NCBI GenBank assembly: GCA_046347205.1
Contig: JAXMGN010000001.1
Location: forward strand, 256,902-320,901
Source of the DNA: Pseudomonadales bacterium
Lineage (GTDB): Bacteria; Pseudomonadota; Gammaproteobacteria; Pseudomonadales; UBA7239
Length of the DNA: 64,000 bases
Direction: 5' to 3'
Shown: in pieces, positions 62,164-64,000 of the stretch
Position numbering within the stretch: the stretch's first letter is position 1
How the letters are laid out: each line of letters starts with the position of its first letter
Translations under genes and position numbers: made by a program
The notes under the pieces: model-generated
What the model was told of the DNA's origin: nothing
Database searches by the model: none
Seen by the model: the letters and a program-made list of their open reading frames with translations, nothing else

Positions 62164-64000
62164 TCAGCGCAACAAAGCCTGCAAGAAACGACCGGTGTGT
62201 GACTGTTTTTCACGCGCCACATCTTCCGGCGTTCCCGCTGCAATGATTTGCCCGCCACCCGAACCGCCTTCCGGCCCGAGATCGACAATCCAATCTGCCG
62301 TCTTAATCACATCTAAATTGTGTTCGATCACCACCACGGTGTTGCCCTGATCGCGCAAGCGCATCAACACCGTCAACAACTGCGCGATGTCATGGAAATG
62401 CAATCCGGTAGTCGGTTCATCCAAAATATAAATTGTCTGTCCTGTACTACGCTTCGACAATTCTTTCGCCAATTTCACACGCTGCGCTTCACCGCCGGAG
62501 AGCGTAGTCGCATTTTGCCCCAAGCGAATATAGGAGAGTCCTACATCCAACAATGTTTGCAATTTATTGGCGATTGTCGGCACGGCTTTGAAAAATTCAA
62601 ATGCCGCTTCTACTGTCATGTCCAACACGTCGTGGATATTTTTGCCTTTGTACAACACTTCCAGCGTTTCGCGATTGTAGCGTTTGCCGTGACAAACATC
62701 ACAAGCCACATACACATCCGGCAAAAAGTGCATTTCTACTTTAGTGACGCCATCGCCCTCACAAGCTTCACAGCGCCCACCTTTCACGTTAAAACTAAAA
62801 CGCCCCGGTTGATAACCGCGCGAGCGCGCTTCCTGTGTGCCGGAAAATAAATCGCGTATTGCGGTAAACATGCCGGTATACGTTGCCGGATTGGAGCGTG
62901 GCGTGCGGCCGATAGGGCTTTGATCAATATCGATACATTTATCGACGTGTTCCAATCCGCTAATAGCTTCATACGGCGCGGGCTTTAAGGTCGTCGCACC
63001 ATTCAACTGTTCTGCCAAAATAGGAAATAAGGTGTGATTGATGAGTGTGGATTTACCCGAACCAGAAACACCCGTCACACAAGTGAACAAACCCAGAGGA
63101 ATTTCCAGCGTCACATTTTGTAAATTATTTCCTGTCGCCCCTTCCAGCAGCAACAATTTTTCTGGATTGAGCATTAAGCGTTTTTTTGGCAGAGCAATAC
63201 TTTTTCTACCCGACAAATAATCGCCGGTCAGCGATTTTTTATTACTGACAATATCCGCCAAAAAGCCACTGGCAACAATCTCACCACCGTGTACACCTGC
63301 GCCCGGACCAATATCCACAATAAAATCTGCCGCTTTGATGGCATCTTCATCGTGTTCCACCACAATCACGGTATTGCCGAGATCGCGCAAGCGGATCAAC
63401 GTTGATAACAGGCGTTCGTTATCACGTTGATGCAAACCTATCGACGGCTCATCCAAAATATACATCACACCCACCAAACCTGCGCCGATTTGCGAAGCCA
63501 AGCGAATACGCTGCGCCTCACCACCAGACAGCGTTTCCGCACTGCGATTGAGCGTCAAATAATTCAAACCGACATCCACCAAAAAACGTAGACGCTCTTG
63601 AATTTCTTTCAGGATTTTTTCAGCAATCTTCCCTTGCCTACCCTTCAGTTCGAGTTGCGAAAAATAGCGGAAGCCATCGCCAACAGGCATCTCGGTCAAT
63701 TCAGATAAGGTGTGGTTATCGACATACACATAGCGCGACTCTTTTCTCAAGCGCGTGCCACCGCAATCTGGACAGGATTGATTGCTGATGTATTTCGCCA
63801 AATCTTCTCGCACACTGTTGGATTCTGTTTCGTGATAGCGGCGATCCATGTTGTTCACGATACCCTCAAAGGGCTGCTGACGCTGGTAGACATCGCCGCG
63901 GTCATTGGAATAGGTGAACACAATATCTTCATCACCTGACCCGTATAACAAAATCTGTTTGTGCGATTTTTTCAGTTTTTGCCACGATGTATCCACATCA
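62164..64000 (-). CDS. uvrA: excinuclease ABC subunit A, C-terminal about 610 aa (gene continues past the right edge)
   Basis: Zinc finger CPDCGGTRL, two ABC signature/Walker sets ([45 protein letters not shown]). The frame stays open to position 64000. Confidence 0.95.
   Translation of the reverse strand, partial: DVDTSWQKLKKSHKQILLYGSGDEDIVFTYSNDRGDVYQRQQPFEGIVNNMDRRYHETESNSVREDLAKYISNQSCPDCGGTRLRKESRYVYVDNHTLSELTEMPVGDGFRYFSQLELKGRQGKIAEKILKEIQERLRFLVDVGLNYLTLNRSAETLSGGEAQRIRLASQIGAGLVGVMYILDEPSIGLHQRDNERLLSTLIRLRDLGNTVIVVEHDEDAIKAADFIVDIGPGAGVHGGEIVASGFLADIVSNKKSLTGDYLSGRKSIALPKKRLMLNPEKLLLLEGATGNNLQNVTLEIPLGLFTCVTGVSGSGKSTLINHTLFPILAEQLNGATTLKPAPYEAISGLEHVDKCIDIDQSPIGRTPRSNPATYTGMFTAIRDLFSGTQEARSRGYQPGRFSFNVKGGRCEACEGDGVTKVEMHFLPDVYVACDVCHGKRYNRETLEVLYKGKNIHDVLDMTVEAAFEFFKAVPTIANKLQTLLDVGLSYIRLGQNATTLSGGEAQRVKLAKELSKRSTGQTIYILDEPTTGLHFHDIAQLLTVLMRLRDQGNTVVVIEHNLDVIKTADWIVDLGPEGGSGGGQIIAAGTPEDVAREKQSHTGRFLQALLR

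Overview
This is a core-genome chromosomal window from what looks like a gammaproteobacterium. The synteny blocks rpsP-rimM-trmD-rplS-xerD-dsbC, mutY-yggX, secA-argJ-mutT and tesA/ybbA-ybbP support that; the species cannot be identified from the sequence alone. I annotate about 90 features. They include the str operon (rpsL-rpsG-fusA-tuf, 2277-6614, minus) and the complete S10-spc-alpha ribosomal super-operon (rpsJ to rplQ, 42336-56066, minus). rpmJ and rpmD were recovered by hand because they are under 60 aa and absent from the ORF track. Other genes are ffh, lpxC plus two LpxL-family acyltransferases, qmcA-ybbJ, argD-argF, argJ, hisB-hisH-hisA, bioA, folD, suhB, partial uvrA and ubiX, and one tRNA-Phe. 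There is also an rcnR-rcnA metal-efflux pair, nnrS, cybB, an Fsr-type MFS transporter, and a tonB-exbB-exbD operon preceded by a Fur box. I saw no transposase, integrase, phage gene, CRISPR array, toxin-antitoxin pair, or recognisable defence, secretion or biosynthetic cluster, so I cannot honestly nominate a clear novel multi-gene system here. Six things deserve a second look. (1) tuf and tonB are each split by a frameshift, and both can be repaired by deleting the same dinucleotide (AC directly after a GGT codon). (2) The str operon is uncoupled from the S10 operon, and a hexapeptide acyltransferase plus folD sit where tuf normally lies. (3) An identical 13-nt element lies at the same offset downstream of the predicted -10 of the str and S10 promoters. 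(4) An uncharacterised 574-aa polytopic membrane protein lies next to murJ. (5) Two GNRA-loop hairpins, one terminator-like, lie in the argD leader. (6) Smaller oddities: rimM has no canonical start codon, malonyl-CoA decarboxylase sits where hisF is expected, and a SnoaL-like gene is coupled to exbD.
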